Of a stretch of 64,000 bases of DNA, positions 37,370 through 50,516 are shown piece after piece. A program made the translations under genes and the position numbers. Location: positions 62,001-126,000 of the forward strand of contig MCFE01000158.1 of the NCBI GenBank assembly GCA_002104905.1, given 5' to 3'. The notes beneath the pieces are model-generated. The model was not told the origin of the DNA. It saw nothing but the letters and a program-made list of their open reading frames with translations, and made no database searches. Within the stretch, counting starts at the first letter, position 1. Each line of letters starts with the position of its first letter. Source of the stretch: Basidiobolus meristosporus CBS 931.73. Taxonomy: Eukaryota > Fungi > Basidiobolomycota.

Positions 37370-39250
37370 ATTATTTTTCATTAGGAAGCTACAGAGATGG
37401 AGTACATGGCAGCCTGTGAGGCAGTAAGGAATAATGCAGTCAAGAAAGCTTTTCAAATATTTGGCCTTAATTCAAAAAGCCCCTGTTGCATTGATTTGGG
37501 ATAATTAAGGCTGCATACAAGTGTGTAGAAAACCAACCTTTCATGCCAGAACTAAGAGCATAGATACTAGACATCACTCATATGTAAAGCTTTTGATATC
37601 AACTTGGCCAACTTGACCCACCAGCTTATGGATGAAGTGATTGAAGATAGACTCACTAGGCCACAAGTAACAAATCATTTAATACATCTCAGATCATAAT
37701 AAGAATGAGGTTTTGTGATTATTGGTCTGATTAGGAGTAAAGTACAAGCTGGTAATATCACCCAAATACATGTTGCAAGAGTTTTGAAGATAATAAAGAT
37801 AACTGGGAGAGCTAGCATTTTATTTGATTTTCATATGGGTTTGGCAGAGCAAAATTTATAATACACTTAGGGCAGCTCCAGTAGCATATTTAAAAATTTC
37901 TGGCTGTTTGGATTACTTTGAGAATTCTGTTCCGCTTAGTTACTGATGTTATAGTGAATATATTTAGGTGGATCACAACAAATAACTTGCTCAGAGTTTT
38001 CTAAGAGTTGTATGTATTGACACAAGTGACTGTGTAAGAAAAATACAAAGGTGGAACTTCAAGCTTTTGCAACACTCTCAATCAGCTCAATATTCATATT
38101 AGCTAATCCTGATGGAGATCAAAGATACTCCAGCTTGTATGCATTATAATAGTTTGGCATATACCCCTGCAAACATTTCATCTGTAAGTCAGTAACCTAA
38201 GTTAGCAAGGCTATTCTCTAGAGTAATATATAGGAAATGATCTCAGTAAACTTGCATAGTTCAAGTGTAAAAAGTAAGATATCAACATAATTGTATACAT
38301 TCTTCATTATTTAAAATAATGTGGCAGGGGGTTTTTGCCATAAGCCTGAGTCTCTGAAAAGCTTGCTGAGCCTCATTGCTTCCTTTGTAGCCTCAAGGGC
38401 TGCCATATACTCTGTTGCTGTGCTTAAAGCAATATAGCTGGTACTCTATCAAGTTCTACAAAGTTGCTCCTTTATAGTGAGGCAAGATGTAACCAGCAGC
38501 AGATCTTCTTTCCTTATATTTTGTCACCGGTCAGCTTCAAAGTAGCCCTCAGGATCCTGTTCTAAAACTTGATAGGTGTGCCCTAAGCATGTATCAGCAG
38601 CTCTGTGTAAGTATCTGTAAGTTACCTTAACTGCTGCATTATAATAAGATTATTAATTTGATTAAGCTGGTAGACAACACCCACTGAATACACAATATCT
38701 GGAAACAAGAAGAGTCATAAAGTATTCTTCTTTGACTTCTTTATTTAAGTTATGCAGCTGTAGTAGCAGATCTTGAATGTAATATATAGAGTATGCACTT
38801 TCATGGATCAGATATCTTGCCATATCAATGATTGACCTGCTGGTATACTCTGACACTCCATTTTGCGGTGAGGAATAGGGTACTATAGTCTCTTGGCTCA
38901 TCCAGTGAGTTTTGCCGGTGCAGACAAAGAACTTTGCAGTAATTTGTCTACCATTGCCCTGGCATATTCCTACATTTGCTCACAGGCTTATCTTGCCATT
39001 AGTGCCCTTAGCCCCATGAGCTTAGACAGAGCTTCTTCCTTTCTTTACATGATAATTAAAGCTGATTTGTCCAAGCATTCATTGCCAAAGCACCAGTGCA
39101 TCTTCACTTATATTACTTATATTGACCTTGAGATTTAATGGAATGTAAGTTTAATCTGTTCAGATTTTGAGCATTATACCCAAAGCAATGTGAGCATCAT
39201 TTAGTTTTATGATTCTACATCCAAGATTACTATATTTGAGGCTGAGTCTC
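37370..39250 (-). mobile_element. Scrambled Ty1/Copia remnants including a minus-strand 3' LTR (37771-38074) and integrase fragment
   Basis: LTR TGTTGCAAGA...TTGCAACA similar to 48115-48446; PQNGVSEYTSRSIIDMARYL integrase motif at 38662-38901; plus-strand RNase H fragment 37370-37740. Confidence 0.7.
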
Positions 39251-39282
39251 CATGCTGTTGTCTTCTTTAAGTCAATAGATTT

Positions 39283-40040
39283 GTGAGGGTCTTGGAGGTA
39301 TTGAAAGTGATTGGGAGAACAACTAGACTATAAGGCTTTCACTTGATATTTATTGATTGTAAAACAGCAATTAGACTTTTGCATGATTGTGGCATATCAA
39401 AACTGTAGAGAAGATCTAGGGAGCTCCCAACAACATGTGTGCAAAGTTTGGGGCTGTCTGGACAACTTTGAGAAGTTTCATGTTCAGGGTATTTGATATT
39501 CTGATGAAAATATTCTAGGTAAGTCCCAACAAGAAATTTGGTCATTATTTTGTGAGATTTGTAAGTAATGATCTAAGCAACTATGTCAGGTGAATACTCA
39601 GGTGCAAGTACAGATATATAAATTACTCCAACTCAACTAAACATTCAGACAGACTTGTCCTAATCTTGACCCAAAATATTTGAATCTGCCTCTAGCTAAT
39701 TGATTGGCAATTATGTCTGCAATTATATCTTCTGTAGAACAGTAAACTAAGTTAACTAAGCTATTTTCTATAGCTTCCTTTATGAAATGATGTCTAATAA
39801 CTATGTGCTCAGCTTTAGCATGAGAAGTTATATTTCTACCTGATTGTATACATCCTTGATTATCTGTATAGAAAGTAAGCATTTCTTGATATAAATATAA
39901 ATCTTCAATGAGCTTTCTTGAAAACATTGCTTTTTGTGAAGCTTCACAGGAAGTTGTATACTCTGCCTATGTTGTGGAAAGTGCACAGTAGATAGCTATC
40001 TTAAATTCCATGATATTACACTTTACAGTGAAGAAAGGTT
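39283..40040 (-). mobile_element. Ty1/Copia 3' end (RNase H and 3' LTR)
   Basis: YTDNQGCI...HIVIRHHFIKE...YCSTEDIIAD; LTR ~39283-39626 similar to 48115-48446. Confidence 0.85.
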
Positions 40041-40048
40041 GTTACAAG

Positions 40049-41047
40049 TGTTATGATCTACCGCTTAAATGTTTAGGCTAGATCAATATTTGGTCAAATC
40101 AATTACTTTTATGTTTAGCCTTTCAGTACATCAGTGTTATCTATCAGATCAGTAGCATTAGTCAGCAAATTAATCAGCAGATCCTTATCAGACAGAAATA
40201 GATATATTAAGTAGGATCTTATTGGGTGATGATGATGCAATCAAATGAGTCATCAGCCACAGCCTACATTAGGCAATACAACTAGTCAGCAATTAATTGG
40301 GCAAAATACATATAAGAAGCTGCTGGAACCTCAATAAAAATCAGGTCAAGTTTTAGCAAATACAATACTAGCTAAACTCTCCATTCCTCTACAACTCTTA
40401 TACCAAGGCCATAACATTGGTAGCAACAATAACCAGAAACCTCTCTTGCAAAGAAAGAAGAAGCCTCCCTCAAGATCTCAGAGAATCAATAATGGAAGAA
40501 TGCAATGCAGCAAACCCTGGCCCAATAGCAACAGTTACTTCAGATCTTTAGCCAGCAACAACAAGGAATGACTACCATGGCCCAAAGCCAGCCAAACCCT
40601 GTCAAGAACAGCTTTAGTGTGGAGGTCAACCAGTACCATGGTAGAGTCGATGCAAACCTGGGAACTTGGTTTGTCCCAATTGAAGAAGCTTTAAGGCTAA
40701 GGGAATTGCTCCAGAAAGCAAGTTAAATTATGCAGCCTCTTACCTGGCAGATGCAGCTTCACAGTGGCACCTCAACAAGATCAGGTCAGCCACCATGATG
40801 GGATGCTCTACAATCCCTACCTGGGACTAGTTGGTGTAGGAAATTCAGGATGATTTTGAACCTCCACAGCAGCAGACACTACTAAGAAGAAAGTTGAAGA
40901 TACTCAGACAGAAAGGAATGGTCCAAGAGTATGTATATGAATATAGATGTCTACTTGGACAACTTGAAAGAATGGACCCTGTGGATCAAGTGGAATACCT
41001 TATTGATGAGTAGAAACACAGAACTTGAGTTACAAGTCTTGGTATAA
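40049..41047 (+). mobile_element. Gypsy A 5' fragment (5' LTR 40049-40416, PBS, partial gag)
   Basis: LTR match; TTGGTAGCAAC PBS; gag homologous to 11700-12232. Confidence 0.9.
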
Positions 41048-44000
41048 GAGTTGTAGAGGAATAGGGAGTTTAGCTGGTGTTGTATTCACTAAAACTTGAA
41101 CTGATCTTTATGGTGGTTCCAGCAGCTCCTTATATACATTTTGCCAGATCAATTGCTGACTAATTGTATATCCTAATGTAGGCTGTGGCTGATGACTCAT
41201 TTGATTGCATCATCATCACCCAATCAGATCCTACCTAATATATCTATTTCTGTCCAGTAAGGACCTGCTGACTCATTTGCTGACTAATACTACTGATTTG
41301 ATAGATAATAGTGACATACTGATAAGTTAAGCATATAACTAATTGATTTGACTAAAAGCTGATCTAACTCAAAAATCCAAGTGGTAGATCACAAAATTCT
41401 CCCCTACCAAAGTTGAGAGGGTTCTCCTGAATCTCTTTTCTTGTGATACCAATATCTTGATGGTTCAGTATTATCAGCAAGTCTTGCAAGCTTGAGTCTG
41501 TCCCTATGTACTAAGTCTTCCCAGATACTGCCTTGTTTGTCCACTAGTTGTAAGTTGCAAATGGACATTCTCTGATGATCTTGAATGGTCCTGTCCATTG
41601 TGGCTCAAACTTCTTCTAGGTGCAGTTTCTTGGCAATACAAAGTTCCTAACTGTCAATGCTTCTGGTGCTATAGTTTTTAAATCTCTGCTTAATCTTTTC
41701 TGCACTTTGAGATACGTTGGTCTGTGCCTCTTGACATCTTTGTTCCAGTTGCTGGTGTCAATTTGGCTGACTGAGTTCATCTTCTAAGGTGTCTGTAAGC
41801 TTTGGTTGTGTGAGATCTCCTGGAATCCTTGGTTCACATCCATACACTAAGTCCAATGGTAATTCTTGGGAGGTGTTGTGAACTCTGACTCTGCATGCAA
41901 AGAGTACTTGGTCTATATACTCATCCCATCTACTGACAACTCCATTTGCATACTTGGTCAGCATTTTTCCAAATAAGCCATTAAACCATTCAGTGACTCC
42001 ATTAGTTCCGGGGTGATATGCCAAGGTTTTCCAGTGATTGATATGCTGCATTTCCAGGTAAGCTTCCAATGTCTTTGCCATAAAGTTTGCACCTCTGTTG
42101 GATAGAATCTATACATGGCATCCAAACCTCATAAGGATCTTGTGGTAGATGAAACTTACAACTTCATTTTCACTGACTATAGGTGCAGCTTTAGCCACTG
42201 GCCATTTAGTGGCATGGACAATTGCTACTAGGATCCAACAGTTGCATTTCCTGGTAGTTGGCAGTCTTCCAATTAAGTCAATACCCCGTTTTTTAAATGG
42301 TCTTACAGGCTCTAAGAAAAGAGTATGGCAATTCTCTGTGGTTGGCCTTGGTAGATATGGTAATTTGGGCATGTTTTCACTAGCTTCTCAATGGCATGTT
42401 TCATTCTGGGCCACCATACTCTGGCTTTCATAAGGCTATAGGTCCATATCCATTGTGTAGCTTATGTATTAAATCCAGGCAAGCAACATAAGGGCAATTA
42501 GGCAATAGGGCTTCCATCAACAACTTGATAGAGTGTTTCATCCTATACTACAAATTTGTTGGCTTTATCCCAGATTATCTTCTTGATATTTTCATCCACC
42601 TCATCAGGAAAGGCTTGGTCCTCCAAGTACTTTGGTAATAGGCTAGGTCAATCTGATTCATGCACCAAGTTGAGTTGTGCAACTTGCTCTAATCTTGGTA
42701 AGGCATCAGCAACTGTGTTGCTTTTTCCAGGGCAGTTAACAATCTCCAAATCAAATTGCTGAATATATTCACTCCATCTTGTCATTCTTCTACAGAGTAC
42801 TTTCTGAGTAAATATATGCTTGAGGGAGGAATGATCAGTCTTCACAGTGGATTTGACTCCTTCAATATAGCATCTCCATGTCTTCAAACAGTGTATTATA
42901 GCACGCATCTCCTTCTCATGCACTGGATAGTTTTGTTCTGCTGAGTTCAGTTTCTTGGATTCAAAGGCAATGAGGTGGTCCTTTCCCTTCTGTTCTTGGC
43001 TCAACACTCCACCAATTGCATAATCTGAAGCATCTGTGCACAAAGTGAACTCTTTTCTAAAGTCAGGTATTCTTAAGCTTGGTAATGTAGCAAGTTCTTT
43101 CTTGAGCATCTGGAAGGCAGTGTCACAAGCTATGTCTCACTTGTAGGTTTTGTCTTTCTTGAGGATACCGGTTAAAGGGGCTGCAACACTTGCAAAGACT
43201 TGACAAATCTCCAATAATAGAAAACCACTTGAAGGAATGATCTGAGCTCTGATATGCTATGGGGCTGCTTCAGGTTCTTGATAACTTCAGCCTTCTTAGG
43301 ATCTAAGGTTACTCCTGTGCCAGTCACTATGTGTCCCAGATATTCAACGTGTTCCTTGAAGAATTCACACTTGGCTAGCTTGACATATAGTTTGCTCTCT
43401 ATTAGATTCTTCAAGACCTTTTCAGTGTGTACCAAGTGATCCTCTACTGTCTTGCTGTATATCAATATATCATTTAGGTAGATTATCACTTACTTGTCTA
43501 AGTACTCCTGGCAGACAGTCTGCATCAGGGTCATGAATGTTGCAGGGGCATTGGTGAGGCCAAAACTCATGACTAAGTACTTGTAATGTCCATAGCTAGT
43601 CCTGAATGCTGTCTTAGGGATGTCTTCTGGCTTCACCCTAATCTGGTAGTATCCTGACATGAGGTCAATCTTGCTGAAAATAGTGGCTCCATGGAGCTGG
43701 TCCAAAAGCTCATCAATCCAAGGTATGGGGTACTTATTCTTCACAGTGACTGAGTTGAGGGCTCTGTAGTCAATGCACATCCTAAGTGTTCCTTCCTTCT
43801 TCTTCACAAAAAGGACTGGTGCTCCCCAAGGTGACCTGCTGAGACTGATATATCCTTGCTCCAGTAACTGATCTATTTGTCTCTTCATCTCTTCTAACTC
43901 CAATGGACTCATTCTGTAAGGTGTCTTACTCACTGGAGGGCTATCTCCTGTTTCAATGGCATGATCCACATCTCTGACTGGTGGTAGGCTTATAAGCTCA

Positions 44001-44412
44001 TATGGAAATGCATCTGAATATTCTCTTAAAAGAGTCTGGACCTGCTGGGGTACTAGAGTAGAGGAATCCTCCCATAATACTGCCATGAGGAACATCTGGG
44101 TGCCTTTTCCTAGTGCTCTACAGAACTGTGTCTTGCTAAGTTCACCTGTTTCACACACACTAGAATTGACCAAGTTAAAATCCAGTCTGGCAGGTAATAG
44201 CTGATAGGTCTTGTAGTCCTTCTGGATCTGAGTAGCATGGGTTCACCAGTTGATTGATGGATTACAACACATAGCCAGGTTTTTCCAAGTACAGGGTCAA
44301 ACTTGCAGTTCCCAAATATATAGACCTGTAGATCCACTTTGTAGTCATAGATTTTCATCCTTACTGGCAGAGTAATACAGTTGACTATGTAAGAGTTCCC
44401 ATCAGCTGTTCT
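41048..44412 (-). mobile_element. Gypsy A second copy (3' LTR 41048-41396, IN, RH, RT, partial PR), 5'-truncated
   Basis: Colinear with 7722-11130; more stops and deletions than that copy. Confidence 0.93.
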
Positions 44413-44414
44413 CA

Positions 44415-45330
44415 AGACCCAGTAACTTTGGAATCCTATGAAGTTGAAGCTATTGTGGACCATGATGGAGAAGAGCCAAATTGCCTTTATTTAGTCAAGT
44501 GGAAAGGCTATGATGCCAAACACAACACCTGGGAACCTTACACCAACTTTGATGATGTTGCCATTATTGATCAGTATTGGAGCCGCAGAGGAACCCAGAA
44601 GGTATCAAAAAACTCCTCTTCCGGAGGGAAATGATGTTGTGCATCAACATTTAAAACTTAGCCAATTTTACCCCATTTGAAAATCTAGTACCCTAACTGA
44701 TTTTCCCTAACCCAAACATAACAAATCCCAGTTACAGTTTATTTTATCCCACCTCAGAATCTATTTTTAGCTATCACACCTGATCTATTTTCAAATGGTC
44801 ATTACGTTATCAACCTATCTGTCAAGCCTTCCCAGGTGATTAGTCATCTGAGATCTATCCAACCACTGTGTAGTTGCCAAGACATCAGTTGATTGATGAT
44901 GTAATTTTCATTTATCTTATGCACCTATGAATACCCAAATTGATTTCAATCAATCCAGTCCCTTGGCGCTTACTAATTCAACTTGATCAGAAAAGTATAA
45001 ATAAAGTTTACTGAACCTTTTGGTTTAGTGTGTGTCTCAACAAAATTAAGATTCTGTCTCAGCAAAAATAAGAGTCCAACAATTCCGTTCTAGTTTCTAT
45101 CCAAGCCTAGTATATCTAGCACTCCAAAGAACACCAAGCCTAGCCTGCCTAGCAAACAAATATCATTGTCTTTATAGCCAACCCAGCTATATCCAAGACC
45201 AATATTAGATCAGAATCTTTCTGCTAATATTTCCGCCACTCTCTGACAATTCTAACATTCCGCACTTAATTGTCCCTTTGGTTCAGTTAAACCATTCAAG
45301 AGTTTTATTACACTTTCTTTTGAATACAAC
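44415..45330 (+). mobile_element. Chromovirus tail: integrase chromodomain, PPT and probable 3' LTR
   Basis: YEVEAIVDH...YLVKWKGY...NTWEP (44428-44634); purine tract GGAGGGAAA then TG; LTR right end uncertain. Confidence 0.8.
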
Positions 45331-45349
45331 AAACATACAAAAGTCAGCA

Positions 45350-46900
45350 TGTAATTGCAGCAAAGCTGGCAAGCTATAAGCCATTTACCAGAATATGGTG
45401 TTAATTGAAAACCAGTGATACTAAAGAAGGAAGGAATCTATGGGAGCAAAAGCTTTCCACTAGGAGCAATGCATTTGCTCTTCAACACATAACTATACTA
45501 TTGACAAAGTTGCACTTGGGGTATTTCAAGCTGAATGTGCCCCCCAAGATAATGGAGAAATTCAAAAGAATTTGCAAGCAATTATGTAGTATCTGCTACC
45601 TAAAGTATTTCTCACAAGCTCCAATGAATATTCATATGCATGTACCACAATACAAACACCAGGACTGGATGAGCTGGATATGTATAGATTCAAGTGGCCT
45701 TCTGAAGCAGTCTCCACCAAGAGTACATTGGAAGCATTGGAAGTCATATGTTGACATTAACAGAATATTTATTCAGAGGTGGATCACAACTGCCAACTTG
45801 ACACATCTACAGCTTTTATGCAGGGAGTGTGTGTTGGGATATGAGTGTCTGTATTCCAAGCATAAAGCTGAACATGTAGATCTGTGCTGCTACTGCATCC
45901 ATTCCTTACCTCATCTTGCTTGTTGTGTGGAGAATATTGGCCCATGCTGCACCATTTAGGAGTTTCCTATGGAGTAGATATGCTGGGAAATAGGAAGACA
46001 AGTCAAGTAGCAAGCACTACCATATCCCAATCTCATCAAGCATATTATCTTCAAGTCCATCATGGATATGATGAGCTGGCATGTGGAGGATGGCCAGGAA
46101 GAGTTGGAGAATACTGAGGACAGATGTGCATGTAGAGACACCTATGTCTTTGACATTAAGAAGCTAAGCAGCCCCAATGTGTGGGTAGTTAGTTAGCAAT
46201 GCAAGGTTGGGTTGGATGTAACAAGCAGCTAATATTTATCAGGCCAACTTTACAACAGTATGGCAGGTTTCTCCTGGATACAAGTCAATTTCTACACAAT
46301 TCAATATGGAATTCATACAAGCAAGAGTTAAAGTGCACCTATAGGGGAGACTTGAACTCAGCAGGGTGAAGAAATACATTGGCAAGGCACCAAAATGTTT
46401 TCCAAGGATATTAAAGAGGTATTCATGACCAAGTGGTAGCAACCTGGTAAATGTTTGCAAGATGTATATGTTACCAGCAATACAGGGTATATGGTAACTT
46501 TGCAAGTATCACACCAACAAGTCATAAAGTTGAGGTGATAGAAGCATGTCTATTACAGCAGGTGTGCATGTATGTAGTAGTTGGTAAGCTGGAGGCCATA
46601 GCTTTTTTGACTCATACTATATGTGGAATACTCATAGTAGCAGTGGGTAAGCAAAGTCTTGGGATGATTCTATAATAGAATAAATGAATGACCCAAGTGA
46701 ATGTGGCAATAGGAAATACCATTTGGCAAATTGGTATAGTAGCATTATACAATACTAGCTGTAGGGCACTGTACTGCCATTATAATGGCCACAGATGTCC
46801 ACATCAAGGCCATCAAATTCCTGTTGAAGAACTTCCCAAACATCAAGTATATTTACTAAGCTTTGCAGTAGTATCTGCAAAAACTGTCACAATCCCATTA
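45350..46900 (+). mobile_element. CACTA-like transposase 3' remnant
   Basis: HSLPHLACCVENIGP...FPME resembles the HxLxH...GP...W.FPxER motif; paralog of 21000-22400 and 31800-32900. Confidence 0.7.
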
Positions 46901-46949
46901 TAACATTGTGAGGAGGGTCAATAATTTCAAGTTGCAGGCATTATGATGG

Positions 46950-48446
46950 CCTTATTGTGGGATTTTGGTGGCTGATCTGGATTAGATCCACCTTTGGGAC
47001 CAAGATATATTTCATATGGTTCAAGATAGATACTTATTTAGAATCACTGAGTTTCCAAAGAAGTACTGCTAGCTATAGTATTGACTATAGGTCAGGTAGA
47101 GCAAGTCTGGTTCTATTAGCTCTATGTGCGGATGATCTTATTATAGCCACTGATAATGAAAAAACATTGGAAATGACTAAATCCAGCCAACCTAAAGAGC
47201 TCATAATGTCCAATCTAGAAGAAGTCAGTTACTACTCAAGAATAAAGCTCTCTATATACAGAAGCACCCAGACTATCACCCTAAGCCAGTCCAAGTATAC
47301 TCACAATATACTCAAGAAGTCCCAAATGGATGACTGTAAATCAGCAGCTACTCCAATGGAAACTAACCTTGACTTAATCAACCCTCAACCAAATTAAGAG
47401 AGCTTGATGCCATCTGAAAGCCCAGAATACCCTTGCCAGTTTATAGTTGGCAATCTGATAAATATCATGCTTGGAAGATGTCCAGATGTGTCATATTCAG
47501 TGGGAGCTGTCAGCCAGCACAATCAGAACTAGGATCTGATCATATTGCAGCAGTTAAGTGGTATTTGGATACCTAAGAGGAACTGCTGATATCTGCTTAA
47601 GGTACATCTAAAAGGATTCAGAACAAGATCTTGTGGGATACTCTAATGATGATTGGGGACAAAGCTTGGAAGACAGAAAATCCACCACAGGATACACCAT
47701 TCTTTACTGTAAAGGAGCAATTTTATGGAATTCAAGAAAGCAACCAACTGTAGCACTTCCAATCACAGAGGCAGAGTATATGGCAGCCTGTGAAGCTACA
47801 AAAGAATCAATGTGGCTAAGGAAGCTTTTCAAATATTTTGGCTTATGTCAAAAAATGCCTAATACTTTATTTCAAAATAATTAAGGATGTATACAATTAG
47901 GAAGAAATCCAACTTTTCATGCTATAACTAAGCACCTGGATATTAGACATCATTTCATATGTGAAGCTACAGAGAGTGACTTGGCTAGCTTAGCTTACTG
48001 TCCTACAGATGAAATGATTGCAGACATATTTACCAAACCATTAGCTAGGGACAAGTTTGAATATCTTAGGTCAAAATCAGGACTAGTCAATATGAACATT
48101 TAGCTGAGTGGGAGTGTTGTAAGAATTTATAATTCCACCTAAATATTCACTTAACATAGTCACTTAGATCATTACCTTCAAATCCTAGAGAATACTGACT
48201 AAAATCCTTGTTGGGATTCACTTAGAATATTTACCCAGAACATGAAAATTCTCAAAGCTGCTCAAACAGCCCCAAACTTTGCACACATGTTCTTGGGGCC
48301 TTCCTCAACCTACTTTGTGTGTATGTTGTGCCAAGACCATGTAAAAGTATAAGTACTACTTTACATTCAATAAATCATCAAGTGTAAACCACATAATCTA
48401 CTTGTTCTCCCAAATCACTTCCAATATCTCCAAGACTCTTACAACA
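46950..48446 (+). mobile_element. Ty1/Copia 3' half (RT, RNase H, PPT, 3' LTR 48115-48446)
   Basis: CADDLIIA; GYSNDDWGQ..DRKSTTGY; RKQPTVAL..EAEY; KHLDIRHHF; PPT GAGTGGGAG; LTR TGTTGTAAGA...TCTTACAACA. Confidence 0.92.
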
Positions 48447-49873
48447 CCTTTAACATTAAGGCAAATGCAGTTAAAGGCGCATTTTTCTTTCTTTTGATAC
48501 TTTAAGGCTTGCCCTCCTATGTTTTTAGGATGGCATTCTTCTCCCATAACAATATCCCAAAGGCCTCTTTTTTGTAGCAGGTGTAATTACAAAATCTGTA
48601 ACAAATATTTAGATGTATTTATGAAATACACATCACTTGGGACCTTGCTTGGCATATTCTATATGCTTGTTGGGCCAAGACCATGTAAAAGTACAAACAC
48701 CACTCATACATTCAGTAAATCATTATGTGAACACCCCATAATCTACTTGTTCTCCCAATCACATTGGGGCTCCACTGCATACAGAACTCATGTTGTGGCA
48801 GCAGTGAGCCACTGTTTCCAAGGCAACAGATTGAAGGCCTACAGGGTGTGCCATTGTTGCTCAAGTGGACCTGCATCCTACATGACATACTCCAGCACCC
48901 CACTGATTATTAGTATGAAAGGTTGGCTGGGCGTATGAAGACCATTTCTCCAAGGAATTTGGGGACAAATTGAATCACCCTTTCGGTCAAGCTCCCCCTC
49001 CCCCTCCCCCTCCCCCTCCCGCGAAAACACGTGATCACACCACAAAACCGACAGCGGCCTCCACACATCCAGTCCGGTGAGGCGTCCGCAAAAGAGAGCA
49101 GCCCACCGACGATCCCCGCGGAAGACGACACAGGTCAAGCAAGCGCCTGGAGCGTCTCGGCGAGAGTGTACCTGGGATGCCAAGGCGAAGCATGTCCGCA
49201 GGAGAATCTGCACGGATGTGATTGGCGGATGTTGTTTGGGTATCTTGCCAATTATAAGCATCTCGAGCAACCGGTTGAAAATTGGCGTCGAGCTAATCAT
49301 CAATAAAGGGAGCGCCAGTCATGTATCAACCAATCATCGCCCATCATGGCAAATGAGGTGGTATGGTTTGGGCGAATCGTCAGCACTGCGCCCAGCTAGG
49401 CGTAATTGAGCAATCTCCGGTGCAGATGAGATCCCTTCAAGCTAATCGACCTCTGACCGCCGCCCCTCGCCTCCATCGGACGGGTTATTTCGTTGAAAGG
49501 GACCCCAACCAAGCGGGAGATCCGTGAAGACAAGCCCGACGGAACGGGCAATGAGTCATGTGGGATGGGTTGCTGCCCATAGCACCTGTGATTCCGGGTA
49601 GGAGTCACGGTGCAGGGCGTTCAATCGAATTACGAAATGTACGCCCACCTCTTGTCGATGATGAAGCCTGTTGACCGGGTCCACGACTAAGGCGGGAAAA
49701 TATCGGTTTATTGACTGATGAATTACATATACGAGTACGGATAGGAATAGGAATACAAGCAGATGCCGGAAAAATTGGGTCATGAATAGGAAACCATCCA
49801 GGGATTATGTGGGAATGGGGCGGTGATGGTGGCGGTGGTGGTGGTGGTGGTGGCGGGTGTGGGATCGTAGAAG

Positions 49874-50516
49874 TTACAAAAGATGGTTCACCAACAAGGA
49901 TTTGATCATGTTGTAGGCCCAGGTAGCGGTGTACTGCACCTTGGGATTCTCCTGGACTGAGCTCTGCTTGTCGGTGGGGTAGAGGTTCTCCTTGCGAGGC
50001 TCCGCTTTAGGGATGGCCTTGTTGCCGGTACTCTGAATTCCGCGGATGGTGATGGGGTGTTCGATGGATAGGTCAAGTGGCTTGGCAGTACCACGGATAG
50101 ACTGTAGGTACTTGACGACCAAGGAGAACTTCTCGTTGGTTTTGTATTCGGTCTCGATCTGCTCGGGGATTTTCCAGGTCTGAATGGTCGCGGCTTGGTC
50201 GAAGGCGGGGTAGGTCTTCAACTGGATCAACTCCATGATGTTGTAAAGCTCGGTGGTGCCAGACTCGTCGTACAAACTGATGGAGACCGAAGGGATTCCC
50301 ACCATCCAATGGTCCTCATCGTAGTTGTTGACGATGGAGACGACCAGGTCCTCCCCAACCTTGTACTCGTCCTTGACCACGTTGGTGTCGAACTGCATGG
50401 CAGAAACTAGGGAGGGAATGAGTCAATACGAACCTCACCTTGACCACGACCACAACAAACTATCACTTACCGAAAACTGTGCTAAGTAGGAGGGTTACCA
50501 GGGAAGTGAACTTCAT
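49874..50516 (-). CDS. Predicted secreted protein of unknown function, ~192 aa, 2 exons (50516-50471, 50406-49874)
   Basis: Signal-peptide-like MKFTSLVTLLLSTVFVSA after splicing a 64-nt GT-AG intron; biased codon usage. Confidence 0.8.

Larger units (their letters stand above)
31044..37370 (+). mobile_element. CACTA/EnSpm transposase remnant interrupted by a MITE (32159-32369) and PHIS copy C (32905-36322)
   Basis: LTLDGFP..SCWPLMLINQNLLP..VSGPKLPSNLSSYLYPLLGEF resembles the Transposase_21 core; followed by GD-x-A...GHNG motif. Confidence 0.8.

Noticed and set aside
1-48900. Classical ascomycete RIP (CpA to TpA)
   Set aside because: Inspected differences centre on CpG, and CpA/TpG are abundant
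49031-49306. Death-domain-like GCDWRML segment
   Set aside because: Too short, no supporting helices or gene structure
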